A stretch of DNA of 64,000 nt, from assembly GCF_021028975.2 (NCBI RefSeq), contig NC_059430.1, positions 57,226,001 to 57,290,000 on the forward strand, read 5' to 3'. This document shows positions 47,019 through 60,337 of this stretch, piece after piece. The position numbers were made by a program, and so were the translations under genes. The stretch comes from Sphaerodactylus townsendi (taxonomy: Eukaryota). The notes under the pieces are model-generated. The model searched no databases. It was not told where the DNA came from and worked only from the letters and a program-made list of their open reading frames with translations. Numbering within the stretch: position 1 is the first letter of the stretch; each line of letters opens with the position of its first letter.

Positions 47019-49467
47019 AAAACTTTCCAGTTCTGTGGAATCCGCCAGTATTAATGTCATACTAAAGAGGACAAAACAACTATCATAGTGTCTTGCAGTA
47101 GGCATTTCCCGCAAAGCATTTCAGTTCAAATGTGCAAAAAACCCACAAAATTTGCAGCTATAGAGAGGTTTACCTGAGTAAAGGGGATTCATGTCATACA
47201 GCAGCTGTATCAGCAGCCTCTATGGTGATTCAGCAAATGCATTTCCTCATGCAGGACTAGAGGCAGAAGTTCAGGTATGGAAGGTATTGATTTAAAGTGG
47301 GCTTGGGTTTCTCTCATTTCCCCAATTAAACATTGCAACTGAGGTATGTGCATGTGTGTGTGTGGGGTGTGTGTGTGTGTGTGGCAATCTTTTTTGAGAC
47401 ATCCAGATGCCTTTTCCTCCTGGTCTCAGTAGCCTGAAGAAACTGTCTCATTTATACCTCAGAGTCTCATGCTAAGGTGTACATAACTTCCCTGCACTTT
47501 CTGTAGAGTGTTATGTGAAGATAAGTGATGGTATTGCACTCTGATGTGTGGCACGCAGCAGGGAAAGTAGACTGGCATATGTAGGTTAACATGTACCAGT
47601 GCAATATATTTGGAAATCAGTGTAAAATCTTCCTTCCCGCTGTGCTCAATTTCTGCATCTAAGGTTTTCATTACAAAAAGTGGTGTTCTTTTATCAAAAC
47701 ACCATCCTGCATCAGTCTTCATCCAAATGACGTCCAGCTTTTAGACAGTCTGAAATCTTATCCCTGCAAAAATGAAACTGGCACATGTCTATGGAGCAGA
47801 TGAACCGTGCAAAAATCTTTGTGTATTTTTAAGTCCTAGTGGGAGTGCTAGTTCAGAATGTGGAAGAATAAATGCACTATTTTCTCCAGCCCATATTATT
47901 TCTTAGTGCAGGTTTTGAAGAGCATGAGCAGTTTGTGTTTAATTGAAAGATAGTTAAGAATGTATTACAATTAAATCTAATACCCTAAAATTATAGAATA
48001 CAGTCTTGAACCTCATAGAAAAGGAGTTAAATAAGGACTACAAGTGAAAGGGTTCCTTTTTGGACTCCATAACACCCTGATCCATAGGAGTAAAAAGAAT
48101 GTAGAGGCATTTGCTTGCCCCTAGTTTCATCTTAGGTGCAAGTGTTTCACCATTTCCTTAGGTGCAAATTACAATCACCAGTTTTTGAAGTGGAGATGCA
48201 CACAGAACCAATGGGGATACTCTGTACAGTATAGTGAACATGCAAATAAACCCATGAAGAGTGCTTTGTCTTCATTAGCAGGAATTAATAGATTGAAAGC
48301 CTTAACAATGAACAGGCAAGAGTTTTCACTTGCTGCAGATTATAATTATGTTAAAAATCATTGCAACAGGAGTCAGCTCAAAACCCAACAATCTTTTCTC
48401 AGTTTAGAGATGCTATACATTTTGCCACAGATGTGGTCAACAGTTGAACTTACTGTGTCTGAAGGAATCTGTCATATATGAGCCAATCACCCAGTCTCTT
48501 TGGTCCAAATACCACAAATGCCTGGCAAACAGGTTTGCTTTGGATTTTTGCAAAAACTGCTCATACACAAAGATGCTGATCATTCGAAACAATATGCAGT
48601 CATTAATATCGCTAATGACTACTTAGATGAACACCAAAGGGGAGGATTTTATTAAAGCACAACATTTATGACTTATCTGTATGATTTTTGACATATCCAG
48701 TTGTCTACTTAAACCATTGCCACTTAAGCAGAGCAGTCATGCAGCAAGGAAGTAGGTTAGTAGTACCTCCTTGGCTCAAGAGAAAGCAGCTAAGCTTTGC
48801 CCCTACTGGCTGAAATTTAGACTTAATATTTTCAAACTTAACTTAGACTTCATTTACCACCATTAGAATTTTATTAGCACTAGTTGCTTTAAAGACCTAA
48901 AATCAAGGTTCAATTGTGATTTTTTGGCTTTGTACCTTCCAGATTTTGTCTGAATTCATACTTCTGTAAGCAGCTGCATGACCAGGTGGAGACCACGGAC
49001 AAGAAACCCTGTGCCAGAGGCTGTGTCCAGGAAGTTGTCTGTCAAAAATGCTGTAAAATTTCTTTAGGTGCAAGTGTTGTTTGTGATGCTGTTGACAGAA
49101 AGCTCAGAGGTGCAGGAGGGTGGTTCCAACTAGCCTGTCACAGGCAGGTTACTTTTACCTTCACCCCACCCAGCTGTTGAACATTTATTGCCCAAAGATA
49201 CCATTGGGAGTTGGCTTACTCCAATAGGGGGCTCTGGATGACACAGGCGGCCTCCACTGCAATCCTTGGAGCGGCTGTGACTTTTTTGTGACTGCATGAC
49301 AACCACAGAAATTGTTTTCCCAGCCTGAACTAGAGACTGGGACCAGCAAGACCATCTCTGTTTAGGCAATTGTATTCTGTGACTTCTGCATCCCTTTACT
49401 ACCTCCCATCCCTGCACTCTTGGGCTGATTTTGCACGTCAAAATTTCTCCGTGGCTTATCTAGGAAG

Positions 49468-49604
49468 CAGTGGTGGAATTCAGCCTATTCGCACCAGTTT
49501 GGTAGAACTAGTAGCTAATTTTTGTCTAGTTCAGAGAACTGGTTGTAATCCCACCACTGAGTCCTTTTGGGACCAGTTGTTAAATTATTTGAATCCCACC
49601 ACTG
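49468..49604. mobile_element. hAT MITE
   Basis: TIRs CAGTGGTGGAATTC...GAATCCCACCACTG; TSD ctaggaag/ccagggag (6/8). Confidence 0.8.
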
Positions 49605-49980
49605 CCAGGGAGCATACCTGCTGCGGGCCTTCTCACTCTGCTTGTAGTTCCCCACTTCTGCCCGGCTTTTTCCTTTGCTCGAGTCAGGGCTGGTGAGGGA
49701 AGCCCCGAATGGTTCCCCACATGCCCGGGGCTTTCCCATAAGCACTGCTTAAGCACCATGAGCTTTTCCACAGTCTCATGCATGCACAGGCAGCCTCTGT
49801 TTCCTGCCCCATTCCCCCCACTCACTTTCACTATTTTAGTTTAAAATGACTGTGAACACAAAACAGGCACTGAGAATTGGTGCCCTTGCCCCCCCCCCGG
49901 TCTAAAATTCTTGCAGTTGGGATGGAATCGCCATCTTCCACCCCCCTCCATCTAAAATCAAAATCTAAAATCCACACATA

Positions 49981-50772
49981 TGTGAAAGAATCACTGCCCT
50001 CCTGTTCGCGGCACCTGCACACACTGCTTTTCTGCTCAAGGCTTCTCCCTCCTTTCTAAAAACCAAGGTTTCTCCCTCCATTTTTTTTCACTGCAACAAA
50101 AGAAAGGTTTCTTAAACTGGCTCAGAGAGGTATTAACGCTTGATGGTTTCAGAGAGGTTCTTTTCACTTAAAAATTACAGAGCTTAAGATGTTACTTAGG
50201 TTTCACACACACAGACACACGCAGGTGTCTCTTCAGGAACGATTTTGCTTTAGATCTACTAAATTTCTTCACAGACAGACACTAGTCCTTTCTGATCCAC
50301 AACCCACTGAATACATACACACACAGCCTTTGCCCAGTGAGATTCAGGCACACATAGCCTCCCTCTCTCACACTAATCCCAATTTGGCTTCACTGCCTCT
50401 GGATCGGGCTTTTCCCAGACTGGTGTTACACAGGGGAAGAGCAGACTCTAGGTCTTTCTCTGACAAGCCTCCTCAGCTTGTAGAGTGAATGGACTTCTGT
50501 CAGCTAACTCGGCTGAGACAGAATCCTTTAGCTTCAGACCTGACAGACCGCTCTCTGTCAAACTCTGGCTCTTCCTGAATCTCTCTCCCAATCTTGACTC
50601 CACTCTGACAGGCACTGCACTGTCTATTTATACTGCTAGCACTTTTGCTCCCCCTAACCCTGGCCATAGGCAACTGTGCCTTTGCTTGACCAATCAAGTG
50701 GGTTCTCTTGAATAGTGGAACCTTCTGTATAACTCTGGCTGTCACTAAGGCCTTTTCATTAGGCCTTTCACA
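49981..50772 (-). mobile_element. Solo LTR (Gypsy/ERV-like)
   Basis: Ends TGTGAAAG...CTTTCACA. On the minus strand, a CCAAT box at 50690-94 and TATAAATA at 50625-32. Flanks cata/caca. Confidence 0.6.
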
Positions 50773-51976
50773 CACACCAGCCCTTCAGTGTGGGCACATC
50801 CGTTACAGAGGGCAACAAGAGAGAGAAAGTAATAGCCTGTGGGGCAGAAAGAGAGAGAAAGTGACTGGCATGGAGGAGAAAGAAAGAAGTAGGGTAAATA
50901 AGGGAGGAGCAGGAGAGGAAGGAAACAAAATGGTGAAATAGGATAACATCTCCTACAAGTTTCTTGTAGGTCCCCACTTGTTTCATATGTTTTCCTATGG
51001 GCAGTAAAAATACAACAGAAACCAAAGCATTCCTGAAATTCTGGGAGATAAATTTTCATTACTCCTTGAATTCAGGAGCATTTGAGGTCATTTTGGATAT
51101 TTTCAAGGTGACATGAAACAGCTAAATTCCAATTTATTTTCTGCTTGGGTATATTCCAGTATGCATCCTTAATCAGGTGCCTCTGCTGGTTGAAATGTGG
51201 CAGGTACAGAGACAATTGTGTGAAAGCAGACAATGGAAGCTATTCCCCTTCCTCTACTGCAAATTGTCCCCAACATGCAGAAAAAGAATAGTTGGTGTTT
51301 CAGATGGCTGCATAAGATGTAGTTCAAGATTTTTTTTTTACTCTTACATGATTATAATTGCAGATTATAATACAGGCAGATTCCTTTTTCCTTTAAAATC
51401 ACAGGTTATTTCTGCACTGACTGTCTTTCATCCTCTGTATTTTTTTAATGGGAGAAACTCTCATATTGACTAAACTTTATAAAGGAACATTTCTTTTTTT
51501 AAAAAAATGAGCTTCTGTCCTTAATTCTTGTCTCTCATCCCTCCCCTCTGACAAAACGGCTCATGAGATGAGCCTGTTTAACTAAAAATGCTGAAACTGC
51601 CTTCAGAATTATGCTTCATGTTGAACTGCAGACCAGCAGCTTTGTCTGTTCAGACAATTTCTGAAATTATTGTCATGTAGGTCAATACATTACTAAGTCA
51701 TTATCTTTTATAGTCTTTCAAGTGTTAAAATTATACTGCCAAGGTGGATTGTCAAACATTTAAAAGGGGGGCTGGTTATTGACCCTAACATTAATCGAAG
51801 CCTTCAGATCATTGGTTATAGTGGAGTATGGCAACCCCAGTCTTTAGACCCTAATCACTTGTATGAATACCCAATATCCATTGTAAGCTATAGGGTGGTA
51901 AGGCTGAGCTAGCTCTATCATTATCCCAGAGAAAGCCTGTGAAAGGATTGGCTGAGTCACTGTCATTTAGGAAGTA

Positions 51977-52840
51977 CCGTATATACTCATGTATAAGTCG
52001 AATTTTTCAGCACATTTTTAATGCTGAAAAAGCTCCCCTCGACTTATATGTGGGTCATTAAAATTTTTTGTGTGTTTTTACTTTGCCGGCCAGCAGGGGA
52101 TGCAGTTTTTATGCTAGAGGCACCGAAATTTCAGGGTACCCTCAGAAGACTCTCCTGATGATACCAGCCAAGTTTGGTAAAGTTTGGTTCAGGGGGTCCA
52201 AAGTTATGGACCCCCAAAGGAGGTGCCCCCATTCCCTATTGTTTTCAATGGGAGCTATTAGTGGATGGGGCTACCCTTTTGAGGGTCCATAACTTTGGAC
52301 CCTCTGAACCAAACTTCACCAAACCTGGCTCGTCTCATCAGGAGAGTCTCTTTATGATACCAGCCAGGTTTGGTGAAGTTTGGGTCAGGGGATCCAAAGT
52401 TATTGACCCCCAAATGGGATGCCCCATCCCCCATTGTTTACAATGGAAGCTAATAGTAGATTTTTCATTTCTGATAATATCCCTCTTAAAATCTAAGTTG
52501 GGTTACATTTGGACATACAGATGATGATGAGGAATCCAGTTTTGAAGGATTTTAACTCTTGTGTTTTAGCTTGGTTGCTGATTGAGCTAAGGTTTTTGTA
52601 CTTTTAAAGTTATTGTTGATACCATATTGTTCTTGTTGACCCTCTTTTCCACTTACAGAGCCAGTTTACTGTTTTTCTTTGAAATAAATATTCAAAAACA
52701 TTTAACCTACTGATGCCTCAATTGATGCTGCATTTCCCACCCTCGACTTATACGCGAGTCAATAAGTTTTCCCAGTTTTTTGTGGTAAAATTAGGTGCCT
52801 CGACTTATATGCGGGTTGACTTATACACGAGTATATACGG
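51977..52840. mobile_element. Non-autonomous Tc1/mariner (pogo/Tigger-like) element
   Basis: TA|CCGTATATACTCATGTATAAGTC...GACTTATACACGAGTATATACGG|TA; repeated subterminal cgacttata; transposase-tail-like DDEESSFEGF* at ~52525-52555. Confidence 0.88.
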
Positions 52841-53354
52841 TATGTAGAAGCAGGAAGTAGCTTAAGCTTATGAGAGGAAATAGACAAGCAGAGAGTGGAA
52901 GGCAATGAAAATCAAAAGTGCTTTCTTTAGTCATGTGGCCATTTTATTGGGTTTTTCTAGGTTATTGTTGTTATTACAGTAAATATTTATTTCTACAACA
53001 TAATACACTTTTCTTTGAAGAGAATGATTTTGAACCCTGCAAAATGGCAAATCATCCACCATATACACTATAGAAAAGAAGTCTGACAAGCTCAAACTAT
53101 TTGAACTCAGGATATGTTTTCACACCTTTTTCGCACCACTGTTTTTGGCCCATGCAGAATCAGCCTAGGGGAAAGCCCCATCTAAATACTAGATCTCACC
53201 TGTTGAATCCCTTTCAAGATGTATGGATCTGAGAAATGAAGTGAGTAAGCTCAATCTTTAATGCAAATATTTCTATTATTTTTAATGCAAATATTTCTAT
53301 TATTTTTCAGAATTAAAAGGTGGGTACTGACAACTGTTTTCTAAGGAATAATTT

Positions 53355-53488
53355 NNNNNNNNNNNNNNNNNNNNNNNNNNNNNNNNNNNNNNNNNNNNNN
53401 NNNNNNNNNNNNNNNNNNNNNNNNNNNNNNNNNNNNNNNNNNNNNNNNNNNNNNNNNNNNNNNNNNNNNNNNNNNNNNNNNNNNNNNN
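53355..53488. other. Assembly gap
   Basis: Run of N. Confidence 1.
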
Positions 53489-53686
53489 CTATCCCCAAAG
53501 GGCTCAGGGCGGTTCACAAAACAATCAACATTTGAATACAGCAAATAGTGTCAATTAAAACAGTAAATAAATTAAACATTAAAATACTAGCAACATGGGA
53601 TAATGCAAAATATTTGCTCATATAATAAGAACTTCTTTCACCTTTTCACAAGAATATGAAGCCACAACATCTAGCTTTAGTATGAT

Positions 53687-53970
53687 GAGAGCCAGCGTGA
53701 TGTTGTGTTTAAGAGCAATGGATTCTAATCTGGAGGATCAGGTTTGATTCCCCACTCCTCCACATTAGTGGCAGACTAATCTGGTGAACCAAATTAGTTT
53801 GCTTACTCCTGTACATAAAGCCTAAGGATAGTCATAGTTCTCTCAGAACTCTCTCAGCCTCACTTACCTCCCAAGGTGTCTGGTGTGGGGAAGGGAAAAG
53901 GAGTTGACTGTAAACCACTTCAAGACACCTCAAAAGTAGAGAAAAGCAAGATATGAAAACCAACTCTTCA
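53687..53970 (+). mobile_element. tRNA-derived SINE (Squam3-like)
   Basis: A-box-like gtgatgttgtgtttaag and B-box-like ggtttgattccc; homologous to 55010-55295. Confidence 0.8.
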
Positions 53971-54059
53971 TTGTTGTGGCCTCTGTGCAAGCACATGAGG
54001 AACTGTGTTTGCACAAGCTAGTCATGGAGCATTTTAAATAGATTAAGAGCTTTTATTCA

Positions 54060-55005
54060 AACTGAGTTCTCCTCTCCCCACAACCACAGCCTAGGCTAGC
54101 TATCTCTCCACATTGCCAAAACTGATAACATGGTGGCCAAATATTATACTGACAAGCAGGGTGGCATGGGCTACCTTTCCTTGTGCAAATAGGTGTACAA
54201 GATCTGCGAATGGGCCATCCCACAAGACTCCTTCCTGTCAGTGATCTATGCAGAGGGCTTTTCCAACACTTGGTCCTGCAAGACCCTGCATGAGTGGGCA
54301 CTGGAAGGGCAGTATCTTCAGCCAGTATTTGATATCTGGGGGGAACCAGCCATAGACCTGTTTGATTCAGCAATGAATGCCAAGTGTCCCCTGTATTGCC
54401 CCAAAGGAGGGGCTGGGTCCAGGCTTCCTGGGAGATGCCTTCCAGATCAGCTGGTCATAGCCACTGATATTTACCATCCCACCCTTGTCATTAATACCCA
54501 AGGTATCCACCTAAGCCACTCTTATTTTGATTGCCACCTTCTGGTCCAGGAGACCCTGGTTCAGGCACATGCATTTACTCCTGAAAGACAACCTCCTAAG
54601 CAACAGCCAAGTTCTCACACCTGGCTCCTGACTCCCTGACAGGTTGGCCAGATGAGGTTTTGCCTGTATTGGTTGCTTTCCAGGAAGCCCTCTACCAGAA
54701 AATCCTATTCAGCCAAAGGAGCTATATTTGCTACCCAGGCAGAATCTGAAGGACTGGATCCCTATTCCCATCCAGTTGACAAAGTTTTTTTCCTACCTAT
54801 AATTACAGAAGAGCTCTATTCTACCCAACCCCTCTTTTAAGGTACAATTGGCAGCGCCTTCCATGATGGGGTAGGCACCTGCTCGCTGTCTTCATTTCCT
54901 CTCCTGAAGAGGTTCCTTAAGCGGCTTCCTACAAGGGGCCTGCCTGTTAAATCTGCAGTTCTTCAATGGAGCCTGATATTGGCGTTAAACCATCTTTTAT
55001 ATCAC
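54060..55005 (+). mobile_element. DIRS1-type YR retrotransposon relic (RNase H, MT-like domain, YR N-terminus)
   Basis: TDNMVAKYYTDKQGG at 54121 (RNase H); HEWALE...VFDIWGEPAIDLFDSAMNAKCPLYC (DIRS1 methyltransferase-like); SRKPSTRKSY and QWSL.L.L (YR N-terminal region). Confidence 0.82.
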
Positions 55006-55009
55006 AATT

Positions 55010-55295
55010 CCAGCGTGGAGTAGTGGTTAAGAGCAGGTGGGTTATAATCTAGATAAACTGTTTTGATTCCCCACTCCTCCACCTGAATGGCAGAGGCTTA
55101 TCTGGTGAAATAGATGTTTTTCTGCGCTCCTACATTCCTGCTGGGTGACCTTGGGCTAGCCGCTAGTCACAGTTCTTCAGAACTTTCTCAGCCCCACCTA
55201 CCTCACAAGGTGTCTTGTGGGGAGAGGAAAGGAAAGGAGCTTGAGTCTCCTTATAGGAGAGAAAGGTGGGTAGGAATCCAAATTCTTCTTCTCCC
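55010..55295 (+). mobile_element. tRNA-derived SINE (Squam3-like)
   Basis: cagcgtggagtagtggttaagagc...tttgattccccactcctcca...(ttc)n tail. Confidence 0.8.
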
Positions 55296-56799
55296 TCTTC
55301 ACTGAAGAAGATGCTTGTTGAAAATTTAGACCTTTTATTGCAGATGCCTGTTTTGGACTTAATGGCTGTAAATTTTTATGGCTCTGATCCTATGGAACCC
55401 TGAGCCTTTGGGGAGGGCAGTATATAAATATAATAAACAAACAAACAAACAAACAAACAAATAAATAAATAAAAACTGCATTTTGTCCTTAAATCTGCCT
55501 GAAAGACTCCAAGGGAACTTAGCATTATACCTCAAGTGCACACATAGAGAATATGTGCCTTTCCAGTGTGAATAGAGACTTCTCTAATTGGATTACATCC
55601 TGGGAGCTTGTGGTATTTGGATGGTGTTTGTCACCTACCTTATACCTTATATATGCAACTTCCTACACTGATTTGATAGTAAGCTGTTATGTATGACATA
55701 GCTATGTATGACATAGGAATGATTTGCCATATTTGTATATATTTTGATTACACAGCACTTTAAATTTCTTTTGCATTGTTTATGCTTGAGAGTGATTTTC
55801 TACATAGCAGCTTGGGGCACAGTGATTTAGTTTTTCCATGCTGTTTTACACTGTATCCTTATTCACTTTGTATAGGATTTATAGAACTGCCTTGTGGTTA
55901 TATTTATATAATTTCAGTTGCAATCAGATTTTAGTCTGCGTACTAATGGAAGAATATGTTCTCATGCAGCCCCATGATAAAGGTAATATAAGAAGGCAGA
56001 GAGTTTCAGCCATGAAAAGCTAACACAATTTTTCATTTCTTGACTTCTTAGCTATGTTGGGGGAAATGGTAGGGGTGAGCCTAATAAAATTCTGCTTTTA
56101 CTTCGATCAAAAGTTGAAAACCTAATTTCATATTTTTAAATACTGTCCTTTAGTTTCTTTGTGCAGCAAGTCCATATTTCATGGGTAATAATGATAAATA
56201 CAAATATTTACTCTGCTCAGAAGACTTAAGTATCAAAATGAATGCTTCAATGGAATGTTGAGACTGAGTTAAGAGCTATAGTGAAAAACTGAAATCCTTA
56301 CAGTTCAACCAAGCATAAAAATAGCACTAATGCAAGAGCTGTACTGCTTGAGCCTACTGACTGGATAGAATAAATAAATTTATGCATACTTCTGAAATGC
56401 TGAGATAGACAAATAAATAAATAAACAGCACACAGAGTATTAGTTTGAGAAACACTCGCTTGTTGTCTCTAATATAGGCCTGGCTTTCTTTCTCAGGATT
56501 CTTCCAGGGCTGAGGCAATTTAAAAAATAAGTAAAACAATTTTATTGCTTTTGCAGAAGTAAATATTGTATACAGGCAGATATGGATATTAAGAACCATA
56601 AACTTTAAAAGCCTGAAATTAGAAGAGACAAATTTATTTGTTTGGTTTTTTGTTTATTTATTGGTTTTTATATGCTGCCCCATCCTGAAGGGCTCTGGGC
56701 AGTGTACAAGTCATTAAACACAATTTAGGTTTAAAATTGCAGTTAAAACCATTCCATGAACAAACAAACTCCAACCTTAACTCTAAAAATCATTGCAAC

Positions 56800-57023
56800 T
56801 TTAACAACGAGGCTTATCAGGGCGGTCTGCATAATGGGTGTATACTCCAAAGATGGAATGTGGGATACAGCGGTGTCACATTTCTCTCTGTGATACATCT
56901 CTGAAGATGCCAGCCACAGATGCAGGCAAAACATTTGGAACAAGACCTACCAGACCATGATCACACAGCCCAGAAAGCCCACAACAGCCAGTTCAGTCCA
57001 GCCGTGAAAGCCTTCGACAATAC
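56800..57023 (+). mobile_element. Penelope terminal-repeat fragment with decayed hammerhead
   Basis: CTGAAGAtgccagccacagatgcaggcAAAAC at 56901; ends gaaagccttcgacaataca, approximately the reverse complement of 15736-15755. Confidence 0.85.
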
Positions 57024-57431
57024 AAAAAGAGGAGATTTGTACCCAGCAGCTGACCATGTCCTCAGGTTATTTCAGAATTTGAAAGCAAACTGATGGGTTG
57101 CATAAGGATCAAAGGTATACTAGAAAACTATTTTGCAGCATCTGGCTTTGCAGTCTTTTTAGAAGGCTGAAAATATCAGCTTTCCTTTTTGAAAATTTGT
57201 AGTTGCAGATTTTACAAAGAGATAAAAAAACTGCCCTGGCAGACTTTGTCTGACCTCTATGTATGTGTTTTTAATTTATCTTTCTAACTTATCTATGGTT
57301 ATCCTGTTTCTGGACTTCATTTTGCATATGTGTGTTCTTTCAACTTGTTGCATTGTTGGCTGCTTTCAATTTTAGGAGTGATGCCCCATACAAATAATGC
57401 AAATAAAGCTTTCATGAATCAAAACTCACCT

Positions 57432-57745
57432 CAGAGGCGGAGCTACCAGGGGGACGGGGGGGACGCGTTGCACCATGCGCATGCCTGGGGGTGGAAAATC
57501 GGCCCCATGGCATCCCACTCCCTCGCCCCCCATGGCACCCCCTACCCCCACCCTTACCTTATTGAAACAGTGCAGGCTAGAGAAGTGGCCTATTCCCTTC
57601 AGGCTGAAAACAGCCTGTTGGGAACTAAACTTCCCAGGAGACCTTGCAAGCCCCAAGGTCTCCTGGGAAGTGTAGTTCTCACCAGGCTGTTTTCAGCCTG
57701 AAGGGAATAGGCCACTTTTTCAGACTGAACTAAGGTAAGTGTCAG
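57432..57745. mobile_element. hAT MITE with long internal palindrome
   Basis: Left end cagaggcggagcta is homologous to 28456; 64-bp inverted arms at 57583-57646 and 57654-57717. Confidence 0.7.
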
Positions 57746-58119
57746 GGGATTCAGTTACGGTTGCCAGCTCCAAGTTGGGAGACTCCTGGAGATTTTGGGG
57801 ATGGAGCCAACCTGCACAGACCAGAAGGCTCCCCCAAGTCTGGCAAAAGAGGTGAAGGTTTTTTTGGGAGGGAAACAATACATTTGAATCAATCCATAAC
57901 TTTTTTGTTCCACAAAATATACATGCTTTAAAGTAACTGAATCAAGGTAGGGCACGATCTTCTGACCTCAATAGAATTGGTTGATGACTTCGTTGTGACT
58001 GTACCAGCTTGCTTTTCAGTTGGATCCTGAATCATCACAAAGCTTTTAACTAAGTCAGTGAAAGTCAGCTGGACCAGTGGTGGGATTCAAAAATATAAAA
58101 ATATATCTATTCTCACCTT

Positions 58120-58185
58120 CCCTCTGTGATACACCTCTGAAGATGCCAGCCACAGTTGCAGACGAGACATTAGGAACAAGATCCA
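58120..58185 (+). mobile_element. Short Penelope repeat fragment next to a hAT MITE end
   Basis: ctctgtgatacacctCTGAAGAtgccagccacag...aggaacaagatcc follows CAGTGGTGGGATTC at 58075. Confidence 0.75.
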
Positions 58186-60337
58186 GGAACGTAGGTATAG
58201 ATTTATTATGGGGGAGGGTGGGGGTGGGGCCATGCCCCCGCCCACTCCTGGGGTGCATGGCCATGCCTCCCCAAGCCCCGTCCCAGCCTCAGCTCATTCA
58301 AATATTAAAATACAACATATATAAAATAGCTGGGCCAATTAAAATAGCACATAGTACATTTGATGTGCAATTAAAATAGCACATAATACATTTGACTAAA
58401 ATGTAGATAAAATCCTTATTTATCTAAGATTAACAATGTTAATAAAATTTAGTTATTAAAATAGAGATCTCCTTATTAGAGCCTGACAATAAGCACAGAA
58501 TTTTCTGAGCATTATTAAAGGAAAAATTTCTCCATAATAAAGGTAAAAGAAATATATTACAGGGCTCAGCAATATAAATTTGTCACTCTATCTATTCACA
58601 TCCTGTCTTCTTCCAAATTTTGCCCAGACTGTCTAACATAAGAGACCCTCATATCTCTGGGGTTGGTAGACACATGGTTCCTAGTAGGTCCACATATATG
58701 GGACTGCATGGAGAAACTAAGTTGTATCAGAATCCCTGCCTGTTTCTATAAGACTGAAAAGAATGCTATATTGCTTCAGTCTGTAGCAGTAACCAGGGCT
58801 GCCTTCCATGAGTTTGTGGTGGTGAGTTTTGTAACTGATTAGGACCTGTCAATCATTTATGCATTTTCACTTGCTGACTAGACTACTCCTATGAAGTTTA
58901 TGGTGTCTGCCCTTGAAAAAAAATGCAGAATTTGATAGCCCGCCTCTTAGGGATGCTTAAATGTAAGAATGAGTAAGGCTGAATGAGTCACTGGAAATGC
59001 ACATCTACCTTAGAAACCACTACTCTCACACCACTGAGATCACCTATCTACTATATTGCATGTAGTCAAACAGAAGCATTCCTGGTAGTTGCCCCATTAA
59101 TTATAAAGTGGGAACCTGATGAAAATCCAAGCCTGGGTACTTTTTTGGAAGCACTGTAAGATCTATTTGAGCCGACTTTGTAGATTTGGGGTTAGAAGGT
59201 TAAATAATGAGTCTCTCTTTCTCTCTTTCTCTCTCCCTCCTCCTTCCCTCTGATTTTGCCTTTGTTCTCCACCTTGAGTTTTTAGGATAGGTCATGCTAA
59301 AAAAGATTAATTGAAGGAATGTAACTTTTTCTTCAGTGAAAATATAAAACCATAACGCTTCTCAGGTTTTTAATGTGTCTCTAAGGATGAGGTAATTCAT
59401 GCTTTTGAAAAATAATGCTTTTACTTTTGAAGCTGAATTTGGCAGTTGATAATGAAGGGGAAAGGATAGGAGTCTAGGAGGCATTCTTGTTAACTGCCAA
59501 CAGTGGCTATTACTGTAATATCTTAATCTCTACTTAAACCTCCCCAGAAGGAAAATCTGTGGCAAGGGATCAGTTCAGAAAAAAGTTCATCAACATGCAT
59601 CTGAAGGAGTGAACAAATGCCAATTAAGTTGCAGGGTTTTTTTAAAAAAAAACTTTGAAACCAGTGGGAGAAACTTGTGAAGAGACAAAAGAAGTCTACA
59701 AATTAGTTCTTTTACTGTTGTAGTTGACAGTTTGGAGAATGATGCAAATATGTGCTAGGGAACTAAATATATCTAACAAAAATATACTTTCCATACCATA
59801 TTATCTATTGGCATATTCCTGCTTCAACATAAAGCATCTTGGAGAATTCCCCAAGGATATAATAAATAATGAAAACACAGCAGATACCATTTTAAATTCT
59901 AGAAAAAAATATTGTAAAGTGAATGCTGTTCTGAATACTAACACAAGCAAATGTATCAAAACACATTGTACATGATATCTGAAGAGCAGAACTAGCATAT
60001 TAAATTGTCATGTGGTTGAGTCACAGCCAATCTCCTCCTGGTGCCCAAATCTATCACAGTTGATACCTGGGAGCAAAAACAAGGCATACTGATGAACTTG
60101 ATGAGCAGATGTCAACAACAAAGCAAGGGTGAAACTTGAACTGCGTGTCATCAGTAGAAAGGACATGCCCGGGATTTTTTTCAGGAGTGAAATGAAATTT
60201 GTAGCTAAAGATTCAATCAAGTAAGAGAAAAAGAAAAAGAGGAAGATGATAACCTAGAATGAGGATATGTTAATAGGGAGATCCAGGTATTATAGGCAAA
60301 TGGCTTGGAAAAGAAGTTATTCAAGACATTAGAACAT

